Assembly (NCBI RefSeq): GCF_000012925.1
Contig: NC_007517.1
Coordinates: 3,180,001-3,212,000, forward strand
DNA length: 32,000 bases
Reading direction: 5' to 3'
Origin: Geobacter metallireducens GS-15
GTDB lineage: Bacteria > Desulfobacterota > Desulfuromonadia > Geobacterales > Geobacteraceae
The notes beneath the pieces were generated by a model. The model did not search any database, was not told the origin of the DNA, and saw nothing but the letters and a program-made list of their open reading frames with translations. Position numbers and translations under genes: made by a program. Positions 8,220-16,986 of the stretch are shown piece by piece. Numbering within the stretch: position 1 is the stretch's first letter; every line of letters starts with the position of its first letter.

Positions 8220-11200
8220 CTACGCGGGAACCCGCTCGGCGATCAGGAGATAGGGAGCCGCTCCGGACCGGTTCCCCTGGCGGCAGTGCCAGACGTTGAA
8301 CCGGCCGGGGGGAAGGGCCGCTGCCCAATCCTCGACGGCGGCCCCCTCGTCGGCGCCACCGGGATGCCCCGTGTAGACCGCGACGGTTACGAGCCCCCCG
8401 GGGAGGAGGAGCGCCGCAGCCTGCTCCAGGCCGGCAATGGTGGTCTCGGGGGTGGTGACGGTCTCCCGGGGGGCACCGGGGAGAAATCCCAGATTGAAGA
8501 CCACGGCCCGGACCGGACCGGTGACCACCTCGGCAAGGCGCTCGTGACCGCCGTGAACGAGCGCGACCCGATCACGGCAACCAGCCTCGGCGAGACGCTC
8601 TTCCGTGGCGGCCAGGGCCTTTGCCTGGACGTCGAAGGCCCACACCCGCCCTTGCGGCCCCACCAACTGCGCCAGGAAGAGGGTATCGTGGCCGTTGCCG
8701 CAGGTGGCGTCCACGGCCCGGTCACCCGGCCTCAGGCGTTCCTGGAGAAAGAAATGCGCCAACTGCACGGCGCCGGAAAGTCCCCGGGACCGGGGACCAG
8801 GGACCGGGGACCGGGCAAAGGCATCAACCCTGAAACCTTCGTCTCTTCCTGAATTATTTCCGTTCATCGTCGCCTCTGCAATCGGTTGGCTTCTAAACCT
8901 GGTCCCCGGTCCCCGGTCCCGGCCCTTGACCAGCGTCAAAACCGCCGGAAGCACCAGCACGAAGGCCGCCTGGCAGGCCACCATCCCGAGGCTCATGACC
9001 GCGCCGATGGAGAATACTCCCTGGTGGTGGGCCACCATGAGGGCGCCAAAGCTCGCCATGATGGTAAGGGTGTTGTAGACGACCCCCAGGCCGGTGCTGC
9101 CCGTGATGACCGAGGCGGCGTCGCCGTCCTCGCGGCGGAAACGGTTGATGATGTAGATGCCGGAGTCCACGGCGATGCCGAGGATGAGGGGCATGACGAT
9201 GATGTTGGCGGAGTTGAAGCTGATCCCGAAAAGCCACATCCCCCCCACCATGAGAAGGATCCCCACCACGAGGGGAACGAGCCCCACGAGGGTGTAGGTG
9301 ACGCTCCGGAAGGTGACGAAGAGGATCACCACGATGGCGGCAAAGGCGTAGACAAAGGCCCGCAGGTAAGCGTCGCGCATGATGGTCATGGACTCGTAGA
9401 CCATGACCGGTTCGCCGTTGGCCCGGGGTGCCACGCTCCGCACCTGGTCCAGGAAGCGTTTCAGGGGCTCCCGCTCGAAAATCTCCTCCTTGGGGGCCAC
9501 CTGGAGGAGGTATTTCCCGCTTTTCCCCACAAACAGTTTCCGAAGCTGGGGCGGGATATCCGCCTCGGTCACCGGGGTGACGGCGAGGCTGTCGGCAAAC
9601 ATCCCGATCTTCTCCGGGAAGGAAGCGAGCATTCCCCCCTGGAAGTCCCGCAGCATCCCGAGGGCGTTTTTGTCCTTCTCCTTTTCAAGGGTCGCAAAGA
9701 AACGGTCGAGGGTGGCCAGGAAGGCGCCGACCCGCTTTGCTTCGGGTTTCTGTTCCTTTTCCAGGTAAAGCTTCAACCGCTCCACGGAGTTTCTGAAGTT
9801 CTCGAAGACCGTGGGGAGCTCCATGACCCGCAGGTCCTCCTCGTAGGGGGCGGGCTTCACGTCGGCCAGCTCGCGCCGCAGGGCAGCCAGCTCTGCAATC
9901 TTCGCCTCCTGGTCATCGGGGACAAAGGTGGCGAGGCTTACCACATGGTCAACGGCGGGGAGCGCTTCGAGGCGCCGGGTCAGCTCACGGGCCTCCGGGG
10001 CGGACGAGGCCACGACCTCGGCGAAGTAGCCCGAATTCTCCTTGCTCCGCATCAGCTTGTAGGCATACTCCACCGGCTCCAGCCCCTTGGCCTGGAGGTT
10101 CATGAGGTTGTAGTCGAACCGTGTCTGGACCAGGGGATAGATGGACGCGGCGCAAAGGATGAGGGTAATCCCGATGACCGTCTTCGGGTGGCCGAAGAGG
10201 AACCGCTCCAGGGCCTTCATCCGGGAAGAGCGGGCAAGAATGGTTGCGGCCCGGGCCTCCCGCTCCTCCTCCTTGCGCTTGCGGTACGGCGCCAGAAGTA
10301 CCAGGACCGCCGGCAGGACCGTAAAGGTGGCCAGGACGCAGACGCAGACCCCCAGCGCTGCGATGATACCCAGCTCTGAGATTCCCTTGAAATCAGTGAA
10401 GACGAAGGTGAAAAAGGCCGCGGCAATGGTGGAGGCGGCCATGACGATGGCCCAAATGTTGCGGTTGAGCCCCGTACTGATGGCCTCCAATTCGCCTTCC
10501 CCGAGCCCCAGTTCCTCCTGGTAGCGGAGCACCACCTGGATGCCGTACTCGATGCCGATGCCGATCAGCATGATGGCAAAGACCATGGAGAGGATGTTCA
10601 GGTGCCCCACCACCAGGGTCGCCAGGCCGAATGAGACACAGAGCGCCACGATGAGGGTCACCATGGCCGCCATGACGTTCAGGAACCCACGGAATGCCAG
10701 GAGGAGAAGCACCACCGTGAGGGCCAGGGAGAGGACGGTGGCGATGGTGATGTCCCGCTCGCTGGTGGCCATCTCCTCGTATTCGAGGACCGGGGTCCCG
10801 GTGAGCCCCACGGTCACCCCGGCAAACTCGGGGAGCGCCCTGAGGGCTTTGACCTCCTTGCGCACCGCGCCGATGGCCTCCACGGCCGGGACAAAGCTCC
10901 CGGGGTCCTTCACCGGCCGAACCGTCAGGATCTGCATCCGGCCGGCCCGGGCCAGGGCCGAATCCCCCCCGAGGAATACCTCCTCCAGGGAGAATGAGCC
11001 CTTCTTTCCCCCGCCGAAGGCGTCAATGCCGGTGCCGAGCTTGTCGAGCATGAAGGTGATGCCGGCCAGCTCAGCCTCCCCCCCCTTCCCGCCACCGGCC
11101 ACGTAGGCATCCATCCGGCCGGTCAGGTGGGTAAAGAGGGTCTGGACGGTGGGCGATGTTGCCAGCTCCTTGAGAACCGGCTTTGCCATGGTAAAGTTCT

Positions 11201-11618
11201 TCCGGAGGTTTCGGATATCCTCCAGAGGCATGAGGAGGAGGCCGTGCTCCTTGAAAAACGGCATCCCCCCGGGGAAAAAGACCTCACGGAACCGGGTCCG
11301 GTCCGCGGCCAGCTTCTCCTGGAGCCGTTCGCCGAAACGGGAGGCCGCGGCTGCGTCAGCGCTCTCGATGACGACCGCGATCTCTTCCCGGTCGCCGAAC
11401 TCGGCCCGAATGGCTCGATAGTCCTGCTGAAAGGGGGCGTTCTTCGGCATCAGGTCGTCCCGGCCCGTGAGGAACTCCATCCGCTCCTTCGTGTAGATCA
11501 CCGAGAGGACTGAAAGGAGGAGAGCAACCGCGAGAATCAGCCGCGGGTGGCGGGCAACGAACCCGAAAAGCCCGGTAAAGCGTTTCGTACCACTGTTCTT
11601 TTCCATATCGAATCGCAT
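8220..11618 (-). CDS. hpnN: HpnN-like RND (MMPL/hopanoid) transporter read in frame into a YtqB/MnmM-type class I SAM methyltransferase; single 1132-aa ORF as sequenced
   Basis: Residues 1 to about 895 have the 12-TM RND layout with two large periplasmic loops, and the gene is divergent from shc. Residues from about 950 to 1132 carry PGDRAVDATCGNGHDTLFLAQLVG...VFNLGFLPG...VYTGHPGG, typical of about 190-aa YtqB/MnmM methyltransferases. No stop separates the two parts. In-frame internal starts exist at ATG 8867 (GAGG upstream) and GTG 8768. The hpnN start could be ATG 11618 or ATG 11606. Confidence 0.75.
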   Translation of the reverse strand: MRFDMEKNSGTKRFTGLFGFVARHPRLILAVALLLSVLSVIYTKERMEFLTGRDDLMPKNAPFQQDYRAIRAEFGDREEIAVVIESADAAAASRFGERLQEKLAADRTRFREVFFPGGMPFFKEHGLLLMPLEDIRNLRKNFTMAKPVLKELATSPTVQTLFTHLTGRMDAYVAGGGKGGEAELAGITFMLDKLGTGIDAFGGGKKGSFSLEEVFLGGDSALARAGRMQILTVRPVKDPGSFVPAVEAIGAVRKEVKALRALPEFAGVTVGLTGTPVLEYEEMATSERDITIATVLSLALTVVLLLLAFRGFLNVMAAMVTLIVALCVSFGLATLVVGHLNILSMVFAIMLIGIGIEYGIQVVLRYQEELGLGEGELEAISTGLNRNIWAIVMAASTIAAAFFTFVFTDFKGISELGIIAALGVCVCVLATFTVLPAVLVLLAPYRKRKEEEREARAATILARSSRMKALERFLFGHPKTVIGITLILCAASIYPLVQTRFDYNLMNLQAKGLEPVEYAYKLMRSKENSGYFAEVVASSAPEARELTRRLEALPAVDHVVSLATFVPDDQEAKIAELAALRRELADVKPAPYEEDLRVMELPTVFENFRNSVERLKLYLEKEQKPEAKRVGAFLATLDRFFATLEKEKDKNALGMLRDFQGGMLASFPEKIGMFADSLAVTPVTEADIPPQLRKLFVGKSGKYLLQVAPKEEIFEREPLKRFLDQVRSVAPRANGEPVMVYESMTIMRDAYLRAFVYAFAAIVVILFVTFRSVTYTLVGLVPLVVGILLMVGGMWLFGISFNSANIIVMPLILGIAVDSGIYIINRFRREDGDAASVITGSTGLGVVYNTLTIMASFGALMVAHHQGVFSIGAVMSLGMVACQAAFVLVLPAVLTLVKGRDRGPGTRFRSQPIAEATMNGNNSGRDEGFRVDAFARSPVPGPRSRGLSGAVQLAHFFLQERLRPGDRAVDATCGNGHDTLFLAQLVGPQGRVWAFDVQAKALAATEERLAEAGCRDRVALVHGGHERLAEVVTGPVRAVVFNLGFLPGAPRETVTTPETTIAGLEQAAALLLPGGLVTVAVYTGHPGGADEGAAVEDWAAALPPGRFNVWHCRQGNRSGAAPYLLIAERVPA
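8784..8922. repeat. Inverted tracts of the heptamer GGGGACC (4 units at 8786-8815, 3 inverted units at 8898-8922) flanking the methyltransferase ATG
   Basis: Plus strand 8786-8815 is GGGACCGGGGACCAGGGACCGGGGACCGGG. 8898-8922 is CCTGGTCCCCGGTCCCCGGTCCCGG. Up to 16 consecutive Watson-Crick pairs are possible in at least two registers, with a loop of about 85-95 nt. Confidence 0.9.
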
Positions 11619-11838
11619 CCTTCATCTGTCGGTATCGGGCAAAACTCGCGAAGCGTACCATACCCCACCGGCAAAGACAATCTCCCCGCCCGAGCCGTCC
11701 CTTGTGCCCCATCGGCACGGGCAACACGGGAAAACTATGTTTTTTTTGTTAATTCTGTGCTAGAAGTACATGCTTATTTTTTCTCACTCATCCCGGCATC
11801 GGGAGAGAGTGTTCTGAGAATCAAGGAGCAGCATTTCG
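11619..11838. promoter_or_regulatory. Divergent hpnN / shc control region with an AT-rich patch and T-runs (about 11735-11800)
   Basis: This 220-bp spacer separates divergent starts, so promoters for both units must lie here. I could not find convincing -35/-10 or -24/-12 hexamers. AAGGAG lies 11 nt upstream of the shc ATG. Confidence 0.35.
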
Positions 11839-13878
11839 ATGAAGATTTCCAAGCATCCCATTTCACACGCACTCACCTCCTTCAACGAAACAGCGAAAGA
11901 GACAAAAGAGGAGCCGCAGAAGAAACGGGGGGGCAAGGTCCACCACCTCCCCGCCTCCATCTGGAAAAAGCGGGACGTGGAAACCACGAGCCCCCTCGAC
12001 CAGGCCATCAAACGGAGCCAGGAGTTCTTTTTGCGGGAGCAACTCCCCGCCGGGTACTGGTGGGCGGAGCTGGAGTCCAACGTCACCATCACCGCCGAGT
12101 ACGTCATCCTCTTCCACTTCATGGGGCTGGTGAACCGGGACAAAGATCGGAAGATGGCTACCTATCTCCTCTCCAAGCAGACCGAGGAGGGGTGCTGGTG
12201 CATCTGGCACGGAGGGCCGGGCGACCTCTCCACCACCATCGAAGCATACTTCGCCCTGAAGCTGGCCGGCTACCCCGCCGACCATCCGGCCATGCAGAAG
12301 GCCCGCACGTTCATTCTCGGGAAAGGGGGCATCCTCAAGGCACGGGTCTTCACCAAGATCTTCCTGGCCCTCTTCGGCGAATTCTCCTGGCTGGGGGTCC
12401 CCTCCATGCCCATCGAGATGATGCTCCTTCCCAACGGCTTCACCTTCAACCTCTATGAGTTCTCCAGCTGGTCCCGGGCGACCATTATTCCGCTCTCCAT
12501 CGTCATGGCCGAGCGGCCGGTGCGCAAGCTCCCCCCCTGGGCGAGGGTGCAGGAACTCTACGTGCGGCCGCCGCGCCCCATGGACTACACCTTCACCAAG
12601 GAAGACGGGATCCTTACCTGGAAGAACATCTTCATCGGCATCGACCATATCCTCAAGGTCTATGAGGCGAGCCCCATCCGCCCCGGCATGAAGAAGGCCA
12701 TGGCCATTGCCGAACAGTGGGTGCTGGACCACCAGGAGCCCACCGGCGACTGGGGCGGCATCCAGCCGGCCATGCTCAACTCGGTTCTGGCCCTCCATTG
12801 CCTCGGCTACGCTAACGACCACCCGGCCGTTGCCAAGGGGCTTCAGGCCCTGGCCAACTTCTGCATCGAGAGCGACGACGAGATCGTCCTCCAATCCTGC
12901 ATCTCGCCGGTATGGGACACGGCCCTGGCCCTCATGGCCATGGTCGACTCCGAAGTTCCCACCGATCACCCGGCCCTGGTGAAAGCCGCCCAGTGGCTCC
13001 TGGACCGGGAAGTCCGCAAGGTTGGCGACTGGAAAATCAAGGCCCCCAACCTGGAGCCGGGGGGATGGGCCTTCGAGTTCCAGAACGACTGGTACCCGGA
13101 CGTGGACGACTCGGGGATCGTCATGATGGCCATCAAGGATGTGAAGGTGAAGGACTCGAAGGCCAAGGCGGAGGCGATCCAGCGCGGCATTGCCTGGTGC
13201 ATCGGCATGCAGAGCAAGAACGGCGGCTGGGGAGCCTTCGACAAGGACAACACCAAGCATATCCTCAACAAGATTCCCTTCGCCGACCTGGAGGCCCTCA
13301 TCGACCCCCCCACGGCGGATCTTACCGGCCGGATGCTGGAGTTGATGGGAACCTTCGGCTACCCCAAGGACCACCCGGCCGCGGTGCGGGCGCTCCAGTT
13401 CGTCAAGGAGAACCAGGAACCGGACGGCCCCTGGTGGGGACGCTGGGGGGTCAACTACATCTACGGCACCTGGTCGGTGCTCTGCGGCCTCAAGGCCTAT
13501 GGCGAAGACATGGGACAGCCTTACGTCCGCAAGGCCGTTGAATGGCTCGCCGCCCACCAGAACCCCGACGGCGGCTGGGGTGAGTGCTGCGAATCCTACT
13601 GCGATCAGAAGCTGGCCGGCACCGGCCCAAGCACCGCCTCCCAGACGGGATGGGCACTCCTCTCCATGCTCGCCGCAGGCGACGTGGACCACCCGGCCGT
13701 GGCCCGGGGGATCCGGTACCTGATCGAGACCCAGCAACCCGATGGGACCTGGGACGAGGACCAGTTCACCGGAACCGGCTTCCCAAAATACTTCATGATC
13801 AAGTATCATATCTACCGGAACTGCTTTCCGCTCATGGCCATGGGACGCTACCGGGCGCTGAAGGGCCACAAGGGATAA
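11839..13878 (+). CDS. shc: Squalene-hopene cyclase, 679 aa
   Basis: Repeated QW motifs (e.g. QNPDGGWG, QEPDGPWWGRWG, QQPDGTWDE), the catalytic Asp-rich motif DVDDSG and GGWGAF are present. The length and the hpnA/hpnH neighbours are typical. Confidence 0.95.
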   Translation: MKISKHPISHALTSFNETAKETKEEPQKKRGGKVHHLPASIWKKRDVETTSPLDQAIKRSQEFFLREQLPAGYWWAELESNVTITAEYVILFHFMGLVNRDKDRKMATYLLSKQTEEGCWCIWHGGPGDLSTTIEAYFALKLAGYPADHPAMQKARTFILGKGGILKARVFTKIFLALFGEFSWLGVPSMPIEMMLLPNGFTFNLYEFSSWSRATIIPLSIVMAERPVRKLPPWARVQELYVRPPRPMDYTFTKEDGILTWKNIFIGIDHILKVYEASPIRPGMKKAMAIAEQWVLDHQEPTGDWGGIQPAMLNSVLALHCLGYANDHPAVAKGLQALANFCIESDDEIVLQSCISPVWDTALALMAMVDSEVPTDHPALVKAAQWLLDREVRKVGDWKIKAPNLEPGGWAFEFQNDWYPDVDDSGIVMMAIKDVKVKDSKAKAEAIQRGIAWCIGMQSKNGGWGAFDKDNTKHILNKIPFADLEALIDPPTADLTGRMLELMGTFGYPKDHPAAVRALQFVKENQEPDGPWWGRWGVNYIYGTWSVLCGLKAYGEDMGQPYVRKAVEWLAAHQNPDGGWGECCESYCDQKLAGTGPSTASQTGWALLSMLAAGDVDHPAVARGIRYLIETQQPDGTWDEDQFTGTGFPKYFMIKYHIYRNCFPLMAMGRYRALKGHKG

Positions 13879-13906
13879 CCAGCCAGTCGCAGAAACGGGC
13901 ACCTGC

Positions 13907-13934
13907 GTAGGGGCGGTTCAAGAACCGCCCCTAC
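13907..13934 (+). terminator. Strong GC hairpin GTAGGGGCGGTTC-aa-GAACCGCCCCTAC followed by ..TTTT (attenuator or partial terminator between shc and hpnA)
   Basis: The 13-nt arms are exact reverse complements. The T-run is only 4 nt and is displaced by 5 nt, so read-through is likely. Confidence 0.4.
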
Positions 13935-13956
13935 ATCAGTTTTGATAGAAGGAACC

Positions 13957-14943
13957 ATGAAGGTTTTCGTTACCGGCGCAACCGGCTTCATAGGCGCTAG
14001 CATAGCAAGGGAACTGCTGAAGGACGGCTGCCATGTCAGGGTTCTGGCCCGGCCCGGCTCCGACAGGCGCAATCTCGATGGCCTCGATGTGGAAGTGTGC
14101 GAGGGGGACCTCTGTTCCCCGGAATCCCTGGACCGGGGGGTCAAGGGGTGCGAGGTCCTCTACCACGCCGCGGCCGACTACCGCCTCTGGACCCGCAACC
14201 CCGCCGCCATGTACGCCGCCAACGTGGAGGGAACCCGCCACGTCCTGGACGCGGCCCTGCGGCACGGGGTATCCCGGGTCGTCTACACGAGCAGCGTCGG
14301 GACCCTGGGAAATCCCGGCGACGGCACCCCCGGCACGGAAGCCACCCCCGTCACCTTCGCCGACATGGTGGGGGACTACAAGAAAAGCAAATTTCTGGCG
14401 GAACGGGAGGCTGAGACGTTCCTGGCCCGGGGACTCCCCCTGGTCATCGTGAATCCCTCGACCCCGGTGGGCCCCCACGACGTGAAACCGACTCCCACCG
14501 GAAAGATCATCGTCGATTTCCTCAACCGCGCCATGCCCGCCTACCTGGACACGGGGCTCAACATCATCGACGTTGAGGACTGCGCCCAGGGACACATCCT
14601 GGCGGCTCAGCACGGCAGAATCGGCGAGAAGTACATCCTCGGCCACGAGAATCTGACGTTGCGGCAGATATTCTCTCTCCTCGAAACGGTTACGGGACTC
14701 GCAGCGCCGAAGGTGCGCCTCCCCTACTTACCTATCCTCGCAGCCGCCTACGCAAACGAGGCCCTGTCGCGGATCACCGGCAGGGAGCCCCTCATCCCGC
14801 TGGCAGGGGTGCAGATGGCCAGAAAATTCATGTATTTCGATTCGTCCAAGGCGGTGAAGGAACTGGGGCTTCCCCAGCGCCCGGCCGTCGAAGCCCTGGG
14901 GCGTGCGGTGGAATGGTTCCGCGCCAACGGATATGTACGGTAA
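13957..14943 (+). CDS. hpnA: Hopanoid-associated NAD-dependent sugar epimerase/dehydratase (SDR), 328 aa
   Basis: Rossmann motif MKVFVTGATGFIG, then RVLARPGSDRRNLDGLDVEVCEGDL, AADYRLW and YKKSK (YxxxK). Located between shc and dxs. ATG 13957 has GAAGGAA upstream. Confidence 0.85.
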   Translation: MKVFVTGATGFIGASIARELLKDGCHVRVLARPGSDRRNLDGLDVEVCEGDLCSPESLDRGVKGCEVLYHAAADYRLWTRNPAAMYAANVEGTRHVLDAALRHGVSRVVYTSSVGTLGNPGDGTPGTEATPVTFADMVGDYKKSKFLAEREAETFLARGLPLVIVNPSTPVGPHDVKPTPTGKIIVDFLNRAMPAYLDTGLNIIDVEDCAQGHILAAQHGRIGEKYILGHENLTLRQIFSLLETVTGLAAPKVRLPYLPILAAAYANEALSRITGREPLIPLAGVQMARKFMYFDSSKAVKELGLPQRPAVEALGRAVEWFRANGYVR

Positions 14944-14972
14944 ATATGGAGGGGCGCAATTCATTGCTCCCC

Positions 14973-14992
14973 GGGCGTGGTGAATCACGCCC
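14973..14992 (+). other. GC hairpin GGGCGTG-gtgaat-CACGCCC, preceded by a second imperfect hairpin at 14951-14972, in the hpnA-dxs spacer
   Basis: 7-bp exact arms. The 3' flank CGCCCCTAC is shared with the 13907-13934 hairpin. Confidence 0.4.
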
Positions 14993-15018
14993 CTACGCAA
15001 CCGATGAAGGAGAGCGTC

Positions 15019-16926
15019 ATGTACAAGCTGCTCGACACCATAACCGGCCCGGCCGATCTCAAGAATATTCCCCGGGAGGAGCTCCCGGGGCTGGCAGATG
15101 AAATCCGCCGGTTTCTCATCGAGACAGTGTCGCAAACGGGCGGCCATCTGGCCTCGAACCTGGGGGCAGTGGAGCTCTCCGTCGCCCTCCACTACTGCTT
15201 CGACTCCCCGGCCGACAAGCTCATCTGGGACGTGGGGCACCAGGCCTACACCCACAAGATCCTCACGGGTCGGCGCGAAAGCTTCCACACCCAGCGCCAG
15301 TACAAGGGGATCAGCGGCTTCCCCAAGCGGAGCGAGTCACCCCACGACGCCTTCGGGGCCGGCCACTCCTCCACCTCCATCTCGGCGGGGCTCGGCATGG
15401 CCGCGGCACAGGATCTGAAGGGGAGCGGCAGCCGGGCCATCGCGGTGATCGGCGACGGCTCCCTCACCGGCGGCATGGCCTATGAGGCCCTCAACCAGGC
15501 GGGGCACCTGAAGAAAAACCTGATCGTGGTCCTGAACGACAACGAGATGTCCATCTCCCAAAACGTGGGGGCCTTCTCCTCGTTCGTCTCCCGCAAGATG
15601 ACCGGCAGCGACTTCCGCAAGCTGAAGAAGGAGATGCAGGGCCTTCTGGAGAACATCCCGGCCATCGGGAAGGACATCCTCCACTTCGCCCGCCGGGCCG
15701 AAAACTCCCTCAAGGGGTTCCTCACCCCGGGGATGCTCTTCGAGGCCCTGGGCTTCGACTACATCGGCCCGATTCCTGGACACGACCTGCCGCAGCTCCT
15801 GGAGGTCTTCGAGAACGTGAAGGGGCTCGAAGGGCCGGTGCTCGTCCACGTCATGACCACCAAGGGGAAGGGGTACCAGCCGGCCGAGGAGAACCCGGCC
15901 GCCTTCCACGGGGTCGGCCCCTTCGACGTGGCCACGGGCAAGACCACCGGCGGCAAGCCGGGGGCGGCATCCTACACCGGGGTCTTCGGCGCGACCCTCG
16001 TGAAGCTGGCCGAGGAGGACGAGAAGATCATCGCCATCACTGCGGCCATGCCCGACGGCACCGGCCTCACCCCCTTCGCGAAACGGTTCCCGGAACGCTT
16101 CTTCGACGTGGGAATTGCCGAGCAGCACGCCCTCACCTTTGCGGCGGGCCTCGCCGCCGACGGGTTTCGGCCCGTGACGGCCATCTACTCCACCTTCCTC
16201 CAGCGGGCCTACGACCAGGTATTCCATGATGTCTGCCTCCAGAAACTGCCGGTGACCATGGCCCTGGACCGGGGGGGGCTCGTGGGTGACGACGGCCCCA
16301 CCCACCACGGCACCTTCGACCTCTCGTACCTGCGGCACCTGCCGGAGATGACCCTCATGGCCCCCAAGGACGAGAACGAGCTCCAGCACATGCTGAAGAC
16401 CGCCATCTACGCCGGCCGCCCCGTGGCGCTCCGCTACCCCCGTGGTGCCGGGTATGGACTTCCCCTTGACCAGACTATCCAGTCCCTGGAGATCGGCCGG
16501 GGCGAGCTTCTGACTGAAGGGGACGATGTCGCCATCGTGGCCATCGGTTCCACGGTCTATCCGGCCCAGGAGGCAGCGAAGCTCCTGGAAGCTAGGGGGA
16601 TCCGGGCAACGGTGGTCAACGCCCGCTTCGTGAAACCCCTTGACCGGGAGCTCATCCTCGGCGCGGCACGGCGGACCGGGTGCATCGTCACCGTGGAGGA
16701 GAACGCCCTCCAGGGAGGCTTCGGGAGCGCCGTCCTGGAGTTGCTGGCGGACGAAGGGATGACCGATGTGCGGGCCAAGCGGATCGGTATCCCCGACCGC
16801 TTCATCGAGCAGGGGCCCCAACCCCAGCTTCGCAAGGATCTGGGCCTGGACGGCGCCGGCATCGCCGCCACCGTCGAGGCATTTCTGACTGCAAAAGGAC
16901 AAGCGGCGCTGTCGCTGGTGAAATAA
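15019..16926 (+). CDS. dxs: 1-deoxy-D-xylulose-5-phosphate synthase, 635 aa
   Basis: N-terminus [15 protein letters not shown], then [28 protein letters not shown], the ThDP motif [15 protein letters not shown]...NDN and the transketolase C-terminal domain. GAAGGAGA lies 6 nt upstream of ATG 15019. Confidence 0.95.
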
Positions 16927-16935
16927 CCATTCGAA

Positions 16936-16953
16936 GGGGCGGACACGCGCCCC
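16936..16953 (+). other. Short GC hairpin GGGGCG-gacacg-CGCCCC in the dxs-hpnH spacer
   Basis: 6-bp arms. The flank CGCCCCCAC resembles the two hairpins upstream. Confidence 0.3.
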
Positions 16954-16986
16954 CACACAAGCATCAATGAAAGGAAGTACCGTTTA

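Noticed and set aside
8784-8922. Whether the GGGGACC repeat tracts could be a CRISPR array or a mobile element end
   Set aside because: The units are 7 nt, directly abutting with no spacers, and there are only 3-4 copies per arm. No cas or transposase genes are nearby. This is a tandem-heptamer palindrome, not a CRISPR array or IS terminus.
11863-13902. A 679-aa ORF on the minus strand that exactly mirrors shc in length
   Set aside because: It is a shadow ORF of a high-GC3 gene. The translation is G/P/R/A/V/H-rich low-complexity sequence with no recognisable motifs, whereas the plus-strand product is an unmistakable squalene-hopene cyclase.
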